DNA of 64,000 nucleotides from Moniliella sp. 'wahieum' (taxonomy: Eukaryota), in assembly GCA_003971905.1 (NCBI GenBank), contig RSEE01000006.1, positions 372,001 through 436,000 on the forward strand, given 5' to 3'. Positions 27,257 to 39,788 of the stretch are shown here, in pieces. A model generated the notes under the pieces. That model worked only from the letters and a program-made list of their open reading frames with translations. It ran no database searches and was not told where the DNA came from. Position 1 is the first letter of the stretch. Each line of letters opens with the position of its first letter. Position numbers and translations under genes: made by a program.

Positions 27257-30200
27257 CTACTCTTCGTCGTCCGAGTCCGAGTCCGAGTCCGAATGCGACT
27301 CGGGCCCTTCGGTGGCAGGAGCTGCCTTGGCCTGCTGGGCAGCGACAAAGTCGCGCGCCCGCTGCAGTACCGCCTGCTGGTCGGCGGCCGTGCCGTGCCT
27401 CTTCTCAAACGACAGCCATTTCTTCAGCACGAGCGTGCCTTTTTGCTGGACAGCTTGCGTGCCAGCAGCCGTTCAACAGTGAGCGCACCGTGCTGCGCCC
27501 CGCCCTCGGCGTCGCCAGCAGTGCGCACCACCTTCTCCTCCTGGTCCAGGTACTGCATCCATACGTCCAGCCGCTGCGGGTGGGAATCCACCAGGCCCTC
27601 AAACAGCACCCGCCCGCTCTGCATCGCCCCCTGGCCGGGTGCGGTACTCGGTCAGGCATAGCCCAACAGAACTTTGACATGTTTTCGTTTTGGCAGGCTC
27701 TGCAGCGAGCGCGCGGCCACCTCCCGCGCTTTGGACGCATTATCCGTCTCAGGAGGAATGTGTAGTAGGCAACCCACACCTTGGCCGACTGGCTAAACTT
27801 GCGTGCCGTCCGCTGCCACAGCTCCAGAGCCCGCTCCACCTTACCCGAGCGCTTGAGCATGTCAATGGCCCGTAGTGCCACCGTCTTGGCATCGTTGTTC
27901 TTGCTCGCCTCGCCAGTGCAGCGTCAAACGTCGTCCCATCCTCTGCGCCAAACGCATTTTCCAAGTTCAAGCGCGCAAGCCAAACGTTCAGCCGCTCCGT
28001 CTCCTCGCGGAAGTTGATGATCGTCAACGCCCGCTCGGCCACCGCTCGCGCCGTTCCACATCGCCCATGGCGAGATAGAAGGACATGAAGCGGATCCAGA
28101 GCAACGACGAGTTAGGCGAACCAAGCAGCAAGCGCTCAAAGTCGGCAGCCGACTCGGGTGCCTTGTTGCTAGCGCCCCCGTCACATCCTGCACAGGAGCC
28201 TTGGCCGTCTTCTTCTTGGAGGCCACTTGCCTCGTTGTCCGACTCGTCCGATTCCTCCTCGGACCCAGCCTCGTCCGAGTCCGACACATCCGCTGCGTTG
28301 CCCGACCAGCTGTAGCCACCGGACAGTTCGAGTTGATGCTTGGGAGCCGGCTCGTCGTCCACCTCCATCTCCTCGTCCGAGTCCATCTCGGAATCCTCCT
28401 CCTCAGAGTCCGAGTCACCATCAAACTGGTTCATCCGAAGATCGTCCGACTCGTCGTCCCCCTCGCTGCCGCTGTCGCTGTCTCATCCTCCGACGACTCC
28501 TCGTCCGAGACCAAAGGCATGGCCTCGCCATCGTCCGAGCTCGATCCCGCCTTGGCGCTCGGCTGCTCGTCTGGCTCGGCGTCCTTGACGAGCTGGTCGA
28601 GCTCCTCAGTGGTGAACAGGCTGCGCTTCAGGCCAGGCTAATCTTCTTGTTAGCAGGGTCCAGCTTGATAATCTTGGCTACGACACGGTCGCCGACCGAG
28701 TAAGCTTGGAGCGCAGCTTCGACTTGGTTGGTGGGTCGGCCAGGGCAGACTTGTGGGCCAGACCGGCCAAGTTGGATCCTCCAGTTGGACAAAGACGCCA
28801 AAGTCGGTCGTGTTGCGCACGAACCCGGGCCGGGCCTCGCCGACAGCCAAATCCGCAAAACGGAGCGTTGGAGTCCCGTTGGTAGCGGCCTGGACAGGCG
28901 CCACACTCTTGAGACTCAACTCCACCTTGACATTTTCCCCAGTGCCGGTCATCTTGGTCACGGTGGGAGAGACCACCTGGCCAATCTCGAATTGCTCGTC
29001 CACTCTTGGACAAAGTATCAAACAGTTGCGAGATGAGCGCCCGTCCAGTCAAGTGGCGGGCAATGTCGATAAACAGACCGGCATGAGACGCAATGCCTCG
29101 CACTACCCCGACCACCTTGTCCCCAACCTTCACGTCGGCCCCGAGTCAAGAACCGCACGGTTCACCGCCTCGTACGCCCCCCCGTAGCACCATCCTGCAC
29201 CTCGGTGGCCAGCGTAGCCTGCGCGGCAGCGGCCAGCGCCATGGGCGCAGAAGACACATCGGCCCTACGCCATTTTTACTGGTCCGCAGCACCACACACT
29301 GCACCGTACTCCCCACCTCGGGAAGCTTGGCGCCCTGCAAACCGTCCCGATCAACACAGTCGAGCAAGTGCAACCGGCCGGAGCGGCCGGGCCCAAAAGA
29401 CACGGTAGCCGCCGTGGGCTCCTTGTGCGGTGACCGTGCCTTCCAGAATCATATCGGGCACCAACCCCGACAGAGCCCGAGCTGCCACGGCCGAGGTATC
29501 TGAGGAGGGAACGACGATCAGCAAACCCTTCTCCTTGCTTCGCCCCGTGACGATCAAATCGGTCAGCTTGGAGCCCTGCTCCATCCAACTGCTCCCCGTC
29601 ACCGTCGTACCCGACTCGCGCGATCGAGCTGGGCCAGCGCGTTGAGCGACAAGACCGCCTTGGCCCCGGGTGAGGGGAAGCGTAAGCGTTGCCACATCGT
29701 TCTGCACCGACACCACCGTGCCCTCGACCCGGTTCCATCCCGTACGGACGCGGCACCTTGTTGGGCCAAGTAGGAAGGCAAGGCTTGGCGAATGGAGGCG
29801 ACGATGCGGCGTTGGTCATCGTCGACCCGCATCACGCGCACCTGTACCGTCTGGCCAATCTGTACTGTGGCGGGCGTGCGGTTGCTGCAATCTCGGTACG
29901 TGGCACAAATGCGCGCAAGGTCTGGAAAAAGTCGACGAGCAGCCCCCCCTTGTCCAACTTGCGGCTGACGGTGGCAAGGTAATCTCGCCAGGGCGCACTT
30001 CATCGAGGTTCGATGGAATGGGCAGTTCGGCACGCACAATCGATCGTTTCAGACTCAAGACGACCCGGTTGCGGGTGGGATTGACAAAGATGACACGGGC
30101 AGTGACCTTGGACCCAACGGGGTACTTGCGCTCGGGCTTTTTCAGTGCCACGTCCGAATAGTGCATCGGGAACACAATCCCATCCACTGGCCCGTCAAAG

Positions 30201-32158
30201 TCACAAACATTGCGTCTTCAGAATCTTCTTAACGTGCCCTTGAGCACCACGCCCGGGGATGTCGGCGACGCGCAAGTACTTTCTGTCGAGCACGCGCGGA
30301 GCGAGGGAAACTTCCACCACCTGGTCCGTTAGCGCGTGACGAATGACGCGCGCCAGATGGGTCGAGCCAACGCCGTACTTGTTCTCGTCCAGCGGACCAG
30401 ATGCTGGTCGTCGACATGGGAAATATGGGAAAAGCCCGGTACGGGCGTCACTTCAGTCCCGGTGCCTTGAGGACGAAGCGCGAGGGTGATCCCCCAGCTC
30501 GGGTTGATGGCCGTGACCGTGGCGTCGACCAAGACTCCGACGGGCAAGGCCAGTGCCAGATCGGCAGGCGCCTCAAGCTGGAGCACATGCGGGATGGCAG
30601 ACATGCCAATCTTACGATCCTGGCTTGGCCTGGCGCCTCGGCATCTTTCTCTGCGTCCTCCTCTTCGTCCCCCAGCGACACCCCCGACACATCGATTCGG
30701 GCCCGAGGCGTCTGCACCCACAGCACACGCGCGTCCAGGTGCGTGCCGGGGGTGTAGCTCTCGGGGCTGTTGGGCAGATGAACGGCAGGGATGGTGGCAT
30801 CAAACAGACCCCATAGCTTGACTGCAATGCCTGCCGGCGAGGTGCCAGCGACCAAGGTACGATTCGAGTGCCGGGAAGAAGGCCCTCGATCCGGGGAGCC
30901 TGCTGGCGCTGACGTGGCTGCCGTCAAGGCCGAGTGGGGCCCAAGGCGAACCAAAGCAAGCGAGCCCGCCTGGATGGATTGGATGGCAACCAAGTGGACC
31001 GATCCAATCGGAAGCGAATCGGGGGCCGGACCCATTTTCCGTGCCAGCAAACGGAAGGAATCCCTTGATGCCCTTTACCCCTGTCTCCACTGCCCAGCCA
31101 TTGTCTTCCTTGGCCGAGATGGCAACGGGCAACAGGCAGCCCGCGTGCAAATCCGACGCGTCCACCTCGGCATTGACCAGGGCCGGGTCGAGGCTCAGCA
31201 CAGCCCGGCGCGCTTCAAAGTCGTACTCTTCCCGCCCGGCAGCGCCAGTGGCGACACTGCTCTTGCGTGTTGGCACATCGTTCGGGGCATAGCTCGCCTC
31301 CACCGCGACCAAAACTGTTTGGCCTGGATGGAACAGTTGGCCCAGTTGGGTAATTTTGTTCTTGCGGGCGTTGATACGTCTCCCCCCCTCCTCATCTTCT
31401 TCCTCCTCCTCCTCTGACTCCGACTCTGAGTCGTCGTCCGAGTCGCTGTCGTCAGTCGCGTTGCGCAGGTGGGCAGTGAAGCGGGAACTGATGTTGGTGA
31501 TGGGTACATGGCCCAGAAGGCCGTCGGGAAGAGACAATCAGGGCCAGGGGATGGACAGCCAGGATGGTGCCCAGCAACTTGGTGCCCGGGGTAATGCGCT
31601 GCAGAGGGAAGCAGGTCAGCACAGCACCAAAGTAGAGCCAACGGGCAAGCTAGAAAAAAAAAACGTGGGTGGGACGTACTTTGTAGTTAAGATGTTCGAT
31701 CGGGCACCACCATCACGGGGAGCCTCGGTCCTGCGCTTGCGCGAGCGGCCCTCGTGGAAGGGACCCTCGTCGTCGTTGTCTCCGTCGGGCACGGTGGCGG
31801 CGTTTTTTGCCGCCCGACACGACAGCCTCGTCTGCTGCCACTGTCGTCTCGGTCGCATCGGCACGCGCGGTCTGCAGCGTGTCGCGGTACTCTGCAGGCG
31901 TCAAGACGGAGCCGCCACCACGAGGAAAGTCGCCGGACGTGAGACCAGCGAGCAGCTGGGCGGCCGTGGTGGGCGCAGCGGGCTTGTGTGGCTTGTTTGG
32001 AACGGACTTGGTCTTGTGAGGGGGCTTGTGGGGGGCCTTGGCAGCAGCGGCGGGGGCGGCAGCGGCGGAGGAGCGTTTTTTGCCAGCATCGGACGAGGAT
32101 CGCTTGGACGAGCCCTTGGCGCTGGTTTGGGCGGCGCGGTGGCCGCTGGTTTGGCCAT
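27257..32158 (-). CDS. RRP5: rRNA biogenesis protein Rrp5 (S1 repeats + C-terminal HAT/TPR); intron 31599-31679; heavily frameshifted
   Basis: [102 protein letters not shown]; acidic C-terminus. Confidence 0.93.
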
Positions 32159-32509
32159 GGCGGTGGTGTGGGGGGTGGGAACAGCGAAGGCGTCCAAGAA
32201 AACAGGGGCCAAAAAAATTGGATGCACCGAACCCAGGCGGTTGAAACTATGAATAACATCGAGGCAGCGAGGCGGTGACTACATTTCAAAAATAGGAGTG
32301 TGATGAAGCGCGGAGGAGCCCCGCAGATGTGCTGATGGGCCATGGCAGCACATGCATGGCTCGCTCGGCGTCCTACGCGCTGCCCACTACGAGTACCCCC
32401 CGCCACCCCACTCTTGTCGCTGGCTGAGGGAGCGTACATCCGGTCACATAGCACATGGAAGAGGTCTGGCCCGCTCACCCCACCCTCAGGCCCTCAGGCC
32501 ACAAGGACC

Positions 32510-34012
32510 TCAGCCAAAACAAATTAACAACAAGGAACAAACACAGCCATCGTAGCTATTAGCTGCTGGAAACAAGATAACAGAACAAGTGGACCAGCGA
32601 GGCATCGTACCCCCCCCACCCCACGGAGCGCCACTCGTCCTACGCCTGCTTTGGCCTCCCGGCGCGCCGGCCTTGCCTGCCGCATCGAACACGGTCCAAA
32701 ACCTGAGCTCATTCGCGCCCGTATCGACGGACGCGAGTTTCTGTCCGTCGGGGGAGAGGACGGCATCGAGGATGCGGCCTTCGTGGGCACGATCGATGCG
32801 GTACAGCAGTTTGCCCGAAGGGTAGGACCAGAAACAGATGGCACCGGTACAGGATGCGTCGGTGGGGTGGGCACCATGGGTGGTGAGCAGTTCGCGGTGG
32901 TACCAGGACCAGTGGATCGAGCTGATTTGGGCCTCGGTCTGCCAGCTCATCAAGCGTGCTTGGGTCGCAACGTTCCAGATGTTGATGGTGCGACAGGCAG
33001 AGCCGCCGCCCGAGGCGAGGATGTGAGGATTAAATGGAGACCAGGACAGGGCCTTGGGCAGACACAACAGAAAACGTCAGCTTGCCGCCTAATGACACGG
33101 GGAAGGAAAAGAGAAGAAAGAAAGAAAGAAAGAAAGAAAGAAGAAAGAAAGAACATACCTTGACCGCTGCCTTGTGCTCTGAGCGGCTCAAGATCGGGCC
33201 CTCTTGCGTCCGGTCCCACACACGGACCAAATTGTCGTTCCCGCCCGACGCGAACAACGCGCCATCCGTTCGGTAGACCAGGCCACACACCAAGCCCGCA
33301 TGAGCACGCAGCATCCGCGTGGCTGACGAGGCCAAGCGAATGTCATGGTCGACAATCCAGCCTGTACCATACCCGACCGTGAGCGTCGAGGCATCGGCCC
33401 AGTCCATCGCGCCCACTTGGACAGTCACTTGCTCCTCCTCTGCCTCGTCCGACGCAAAGGCCGGAGCGAGAACTTCGGGCGGAACGTGTAGCGTGCGCAA
33501 CCGTTTTTTTTCGCTGCCACGTCCCACACTTGGGCTGCCCCACTGGCCGTGCCCACTACCACACAGCTTCCCTCGGGGTGCCACCGGACCGCGGTCACGA
33601 GTGCAAACGGGCCACCGCCTAACTTCTCTGGCTGCTGCGCCAAGTCAACCAACTCGACCGTGGCTGCATCGCAGTCCCATACATACACCGCCTGGCGCAG
33701 CACGATGGCCACTTGGTTCGCCACGCTCCAGTCGAGAAGATGGTGGTAAAAGTCGTCGGAAATGTCCGCGGCGTCCAGCACCTTTTCTGGTCGTCCTGAA
33801 ATGGCGCGATGGGCGCGCAGGGCAGCGGTAGGGATCTTGGGCTTGCTGGAAAACGACGCGTTGGCAGCGGCAGCCGAGCCAGGCGCGGCAGGAGCAAAGG
33901 ACAGCACCTTTTGCACGGGAAGGTCGTGCTCTGGCTCGACGTGGGTGGGGGTCGAAGGGGTGCAGCTGGAGTTGGGCGTCTGGTCTTGGGTGGCGTGCAG
34001 GGCGGGGCGCAT
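32510..34012 (-). CDS. CDC20: Cdc20/Fizzy-family WD40 APC/C co-activator-like protein; intron 33053-33158
   Basis: KVLSF motif; PEKVLDAADISDDFYHHLLDWS; HAGLVCGL...ASGGNDNLVRVWD; HKAAVK|ALSWSPFNPHILASGGGS...IWN; ELLTTHG; NELRFW. Start and stop positions are uncertain. Confidence 0.85.
33112..33152. repeat. (AAAG)n microsatellite in the CDC20 intron
   Basis: agaagaaagaaagaaagaaagaaagaaagaagaaagaaaga. Confidence 0.9.
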
Positions 34013-34563
34013 GGCGGCCGAAGGGGAAGGTGCAACAAACGTGCGGGTGGTGTGGAGCGAGCTGGTGGCTCGGCTGGATTCCCGGTAGAGAGCGGCGAAC
34101 GAGTGTTGAACGTTGTGGAGAGTGGAGAGTTGAGAGCAGCATCTACGCCCGAGGCTGTTGCACCGAACGTGCATTGAAACATTGCCCCACGCACCCAACA
34201 CCCAACATGCACGCTCCCAAAAAATAAAAAACAGATCGATTGGGCCGCTGCGGGCAAGATAACCGGTTGGCAACCGGCAACCCTCACTAACCAACCAACC
34301 AACTATACCAAGCAGACGGGGCATTGGGCAGAGCACCAACATGACATGGAAAGCGAGATGCGAAATGCGAAAGTAACATGGCCGCCGCCCCGATCCGGCC
34401 GGGACAGGCATAATAAAAAGGGGAACAGGGTGGATTAGCAAGGCAGCCGAGGAGATGGGTATGATATGCATGGTGCTGCCTCGCCAAAACGCAGGCCCAA
34501 TAGCCCACCGAACCGACCCAGTAAGGTTCAGCTGAGGCGACCCAAACGAGGCGCACACTAGTA

Positions 34564-36063
34564 TTAGGGAAGCTGCGCCATCAGCGCATACAATGCAACC
34601 GAGCTCGAGGCCGCCAGGGCCAGGGTACTACCGACGTTGGCCACGTTGCGCACGCTCGCAGCCCACGTGCGAACCTGCCTCGACGATGACGGCTCGGGAG
34701 CCTGCTCGGAGCCTGCTCGGGAGCCTGCTCGGTGTTCTCCGGAGCACGATGCGTATCGTGGGCGAGCGACCCAGCGGCCGGCGGTGTCAACGACCCAGGC
34801 TCCTGGGTCCATGCTGACCATATCCCCCCTGGGCGGGGGACAACGAGAAGCAACGGCAGGCAAGGGAGAGAAGGCAGGTGCCAGGGCAGGCGGTGACACT
34901 GAATCGGACCGAGTACGGGTCAGTTCCTCGTCCTCGGCCATTGGAGGCAGTATTGGATCGGGGGTTCAGGGGGTGCGGGTTCGGGGTCGGGTCGGGGTCG
35001 GACAAAGGCAAGGGCAATGGGACAGCCGAGGACATTGGGGCCGGGATGGGGGAACTGTTGGGGCAGGGGAAGCGGGCGAGTAAGCTGACAGGTCGAGGGC
35101 GGAGAGGACGGGTAGCTTGAGGCCCATCGACACTTGCGACCGAGGTGTGGGGGAAGGAGCGCGCGCGGCGTGGTCCCGGCGGGTCGGGAGGCGAGGCAAA
35201 GTAGCTGAGACTCGTGCCGCGCCTCTCGCCGGGGTAGGAGAGGTGGGTGTGGCCTTCGCAGCCCCACGAGTCGAGGTGGGGAGAGCGGTGGAGAGGCGAG
35301 GAGGTGACCGGGCTGGAATGCGTGTGGGACTCCACCCGAGCGATCGACGACGCTTTTGCGCACACGCTCGATCGACCAGCTGTAAGCGGCGCAGGCCATG
35401 GCTGCCCGCTTCACCAGTCGAGCCAAGCCGTTGCTCCGCTGCTCTGGGAGCCGGCGGCATCTGTTTCGTCGGCTTTGGGTTGGAGCGGTACATGGCTTGC
35501 ATCCGTTCGGGGCAAGTGGGAGGACAGAGTGAGGACAGGTGGACAAGGGGCTGGGCATCTGGCTCGGGCTCTGTACGTGGCGCGGCAGAGGCGAAACCAA
35601 CGATGGGGGCGAGACCACCATTGACTGGTACGTTTACTGGTGCGGCTGGCGCGGCGCAGGCCAGCGGCCCAGTCCAGGCCAAAGTCGGGTGCTGGCTCGT
35701 ACTCATACGGCTCAAGAGAGCCATCAATATCGTAACGCACGGGCGGCGCGGCGGGGGGCGTCGGGGCGCGGGGCGTGGTCTGGGCCGCAGGAGAGGAAGA
35801 GGGGAGAGCGAGGGAAGGTGGAGTGCGATGGGGTGGACGAGAAGAGGTGCCCTCGAGGGCGGCGATGGTGGCAGCGTGTGCGCGTGCGCGTTCGGCGGGG
35901 TCGGGCGAGGGATGGCGGGGCAGCTGGAGCGGGCGGAGGCAGGGGCCGAGGCGCTTGCCGTGCTCGCGCTGGGGCGCAGAAGAGGACGCCGACGCGGCAG
36001 AGGGCGAGGAGGGAAAGACGAGGCCGAGGCCCAGCGCGGGCTGGGCGGGGGCAGGGGCGACAT
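34564..36063 (-). CDS. Hypothetical Pro/Ser-rich protein with a C-terminal hydrophobic segment
   Basis: Overlapping frameshifted minus-strand ORFs ending VRNVANVGSTLALAASSSVALYALMAQLP*. Confidence 0.4.
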
Positions 36064-36540
36064 GCGCACAGACGGGGCGCAGGCGGAGGCAGACAAGAGG
36101 CGGCGTGGCCAGCCTGGTGGGCGTGGCCAGCGTGTGCAAGCGCGTGCAGCCCACCGATGCCCAGCGCCTCTGCGTGCCAGTGCGCCCGCAGCACCGAGGA
36201 CGGCATGTCATGTCACCCGTCACACACCACCAAAGCACGGCGGATCGGTGATTCAACATTCAACAACAGCCAGTGGTATCCCATCGGTGATCCGTCCATT
36301 CCGGCTCTCCCGCCTCCGGTTACATGTTACAGCGGCTGACCTAATTCCTCCAGCTAGCCCTGCTCCACCCGGGCACGTGACCTCGCTCCTCCGCGTCGCG
36401 TGCATTTCCACGCCAGGGGGCGCAGTTCCTGGTCGCCTAGCCTTGTCCTGCGCTGGCTGGCCTGCGTCCACTGCCATCCCATCCACAGCATCCACCCTTG
36501 GGCGGGGGGAAGGCCATCTCTTTTCGAATGCATTCTGCCT

Positions 36541-39370
36541 TCAGCACACGCCACCCCCCCACCCCCGCCCACATCCCTCCGGCCACGCGCCCACGCACAT
36601 CGGGGGCACCACACAAAGGTATCTAAAAACAAACAAAACCCAACACCAACCATCACATGTCATGCATGTCACAGCCCACCAGCCGGCGGCGCCGGCACCC
36701 AGCCCAGGGGCGCAAGGGGCAACGCACGAGGCAGGGCCGGTGGCGGCGGACCGGAAGAGTACGTGGCAGCGTGGCCCGCCTGTTCCGCCTCGTCCGCCAC
36801 CGGGGCAATTGACCGGCACGTCGTTTGCCCAGTTTTTTGGACGAGGGGCTTGGAGCGCCCTGGCCGTCGCACCCGTCCCGGCGCCCAAGTCCAGCTCCAG
36901 CTTCAGCTCCAGTTCCAGCTCCACCTGCACCAGCGGCATCACCACGGCCTCGGCTGTCCCCGAGGCAGTACGCATCGTGGCTGCGACCATGGGCTGCACG
37001 AGCGCCAGGGTGGGTGCCGCGGGTAGGAGCGTAGATGCAGGTGCAGGTGCAGATGCAGATGGGGCCGAGGGAGCGGGATGTGGCTAGGGTGGGCTGGAGC
37101 GACCGCCGCATCCGTCCCACCAGCCGGTGGGGGGAGCGCGGGGGGGGAATGTACCTGCTGTGCGGGGATCGGGGAAGCGTCCGTCGTCATCGCAGTTTCA
37201 GAGGGGGGTATGGCAGTTATGTGAGAAGCGGCAGGAGCAAGAATAGGAGCAGAAGCAGAACCTGGCGGTGGCAGTGGTGGTGGTGGTTGGGGATACTCTG
37301 CAATGGCCTCGTGGGCCGGGAACAAGGAAGAGTTCTTAGAGCTGGCATGACGGGCGAGACGTTGGGCATCGGACGAATCCGCACGGGCCAGGCGCGAGGT
37401 CTGTACGTGGTTCGCGGCGTGGTGCGGACGGGGGGCTTGAAGGGCAGGCGACAGGGCCGTCGGCACAACGTCCGATCGTATCGGTGGACCAGGAACACCA
37501 GGCACAGCAGGTGCAGCGGGTGGCGGCGCGGTGGCAAGCAGAGGTGGGGCACAGGGTGCCGAGGAGGTAACATAGGCCGACGCGAGGAAGCGGGGGCCGT
37601 TGGGGCAGAGTGGGCAGCGGATGCATCCGCGCCAAGTCCCGAAGGGAGGAGTGCCGCGGCATGCGGAGCTGGGGCCTGGTGCACAAGCGGGGCAAGGCAG
37701 ACGGCTGGTGGAACGCGGGGCCCGGAAGCCCTCGTTACGGGAGAAGACAAAGGTTTGTCGCTATTGCCAGCGTTTGTAGAGGAGGGAAAGGGGTGCGGAC
37801 CACGCAAAGATGAAGAACGTTTGATTGTCGGAGGCCCAGCCAGCGAGGCTTGCAGCGCATGTTGGCCTGCGAATCCGTGGGGCACAAACGTGCTGGGACC
37901 AAGCTGCGCATCGCCTCCCCTTCGCCGGTCGGAGTGGAAGCGGGAGGAGGCATGGGCTGTAACGCTTTGGGCACATCAGTTCGGGCACGCACAACAGGCT
38001 GGGCATAGGAAAGTGCAGGGCCAGGTTGGGTATGCGGAGGAGGTACTTGTCCGGCCTCTGTTGGTCCCGGCACCACGGGCGATGCTTGGCCGGGGTAAAT
38101 CTGTCTGCCTTGTGGGTGCACACGTGGGGTAACGTCATCCAGTGGAAGAGACTGTGGTCGGTTGCGGTGGGTAGAGGGAAGAGCGGGGACGCGCACAGCG
38201 TCCCCTAGGTGGACTTTTTGGATGCGCATCCGTAAGGGCCTGCGGCCGTCTCGGGCGGCGAGGCGGGAGGCGAGATGGGCGGAAACGAGGACGCCGCGGA
38301 AGGGTCCACACCAGCTTGTTCGGCCAGTTGGAGGAGAATGGAGGGAAGGCTGGCCAACGCCGAATCGGCGGCGGCTGTCTCTAGTCGTTCCATCCGTGGG
38401 GGGGCGGGAGGCTGGACGTGCGTAGGACTCGCGTGCGGGCGCCTTTCGTGTCCCACTCGGTAGGGGGAGGAGGCAAGTCGCGGTTCTGCTCTTTGTCCTT
38501 TGACCTCCTCATGCGAACAGGCCACCTGAGCCCTCGCTTGGTCCGCGACTCGTGCGAGGTGGTTGAATGCACGGAAGCCTGCTCAGGCAATGTGTGTAAA
38601 GAGGGGACTGAGACGGGTGGGGCGATGGGACGTGCAGGAGTGGAGTCAATTGTGTAGTGAGGTAGAGCAACGTAGAGCCCAATGCCAAACGGGCTTGGTG
38701 GGTAGGATGCGGGGGGGTCGAAGACGGCCCGAGTCGGAAAGCAAGCCAGTGAGGACAGCCATCAGTTGGTTGGAAGCGAGTGCCTTGACCTGGGTCGAGG
38801 GGGCACCGGTGTGGAGGAGATACAGCAAGAGCGAGCCCCATAGATCGATGGGCGGGACAAAACGAGAGCCAGCGGAGGCGGTGCTGAGCTGAAGCCCGGG
38901 CGTATTCAGGGGCCATACACCGGCCGAGGAAGCTTCCTCCGGGACCAACTGTGAGTCGTCCTCGGCATTAAGGGAGGCAATAATCACGCGGGCGACTTGG
39001 CTCGCGCGTTGGTCCGAGACGAGGAAATGGTGAAGCTGCTCGAGGTGGGCAGCCCGAAGAGAGGGTGTGTGGTCGGGGTGGCCCACAAGGCGGGTAACAA
39101 GCAAAAGGCAGTGCCGGAGTCGTCATCGTCCGAGGGGTCGTGGTCGTCGGAATGGGTTGGTATGTGTTGGAGGGAAAGGGTGTGGCTGGCCGCGGGGCTA
39201 ATGGGGGCCGGGGCGGAGGCGGGCTGATGGTTGTGGGAGCGGGAGAACCAGGCGCGCTTTTTTTTGTTGCTTGACGCGGGCGGCTCGTCCGCGTGGGAGG
39301 GGTCGGCGGGCTGGGCGGGCGTGGGCTTGGGCTTGGACTTGGGCTTGGACTTGTCCCTGGTCCTGTTCAT
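36541..39370 (-). CDS. Hypothetical protein with an N-terminal helical (VHS-like?) domain and a long Pro-rich tail
   Basis: MNRTRDKSKPK...; helical block HLEQLHHFLVSDQRASQVARVIIASL...LWGSLLLYLLHTGAPSTQVKALASNQLMAVLTGLL. The VHS resemblance is inference only. Confidence 0.45.
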
Positions 39371-39788
39371 GGAGGATGCCTGGTGGGGTGGGGGTGGATG
39401 GGTGGGGCGCAGGAGGGGGACGAGTATAGACGCAGCTGCTCTGCACCACCCACGCGGGCGCAGGGGCAGTGTGCGCGCAGCACTTGGGCGCCGGGGGCAG
39501 GGGCTGAAATGTTCACTGTGCGTGGCTGCGACTGGTGCGCAGTGGCGGCGCAGTGTGGCGCTGTGCGGTGTGGCGCTGCCGTGTGGCGCTGCGGGGGCCG
39601 CCGTTGCCCCATTCCGCTGCGCATTCCGCGCGGCAGCAGAGCTCAGCCGGGCGCTGTTGAGGCTCAGCAGATGAGTCGCACAGCAGCCCGCAGCGCCTCC
39701 ACCTCCACCTCTCCACCCCACCACCACCACCACGCCTCCACCACCCGCGCCCTCTCCGCCTGCATCCTGGGCGGGTGCAGAATGTGCC

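Noticed and set aside
35117..37087. 656-aa + strand ORF (and similarly 43788-45194 + and 59221-60498 -)
   Set aside because: Arg/Gly/Ala-rich stop-free frames expected in very GC-rich DNA; they overlap better-supported genes or intergenic sequence.
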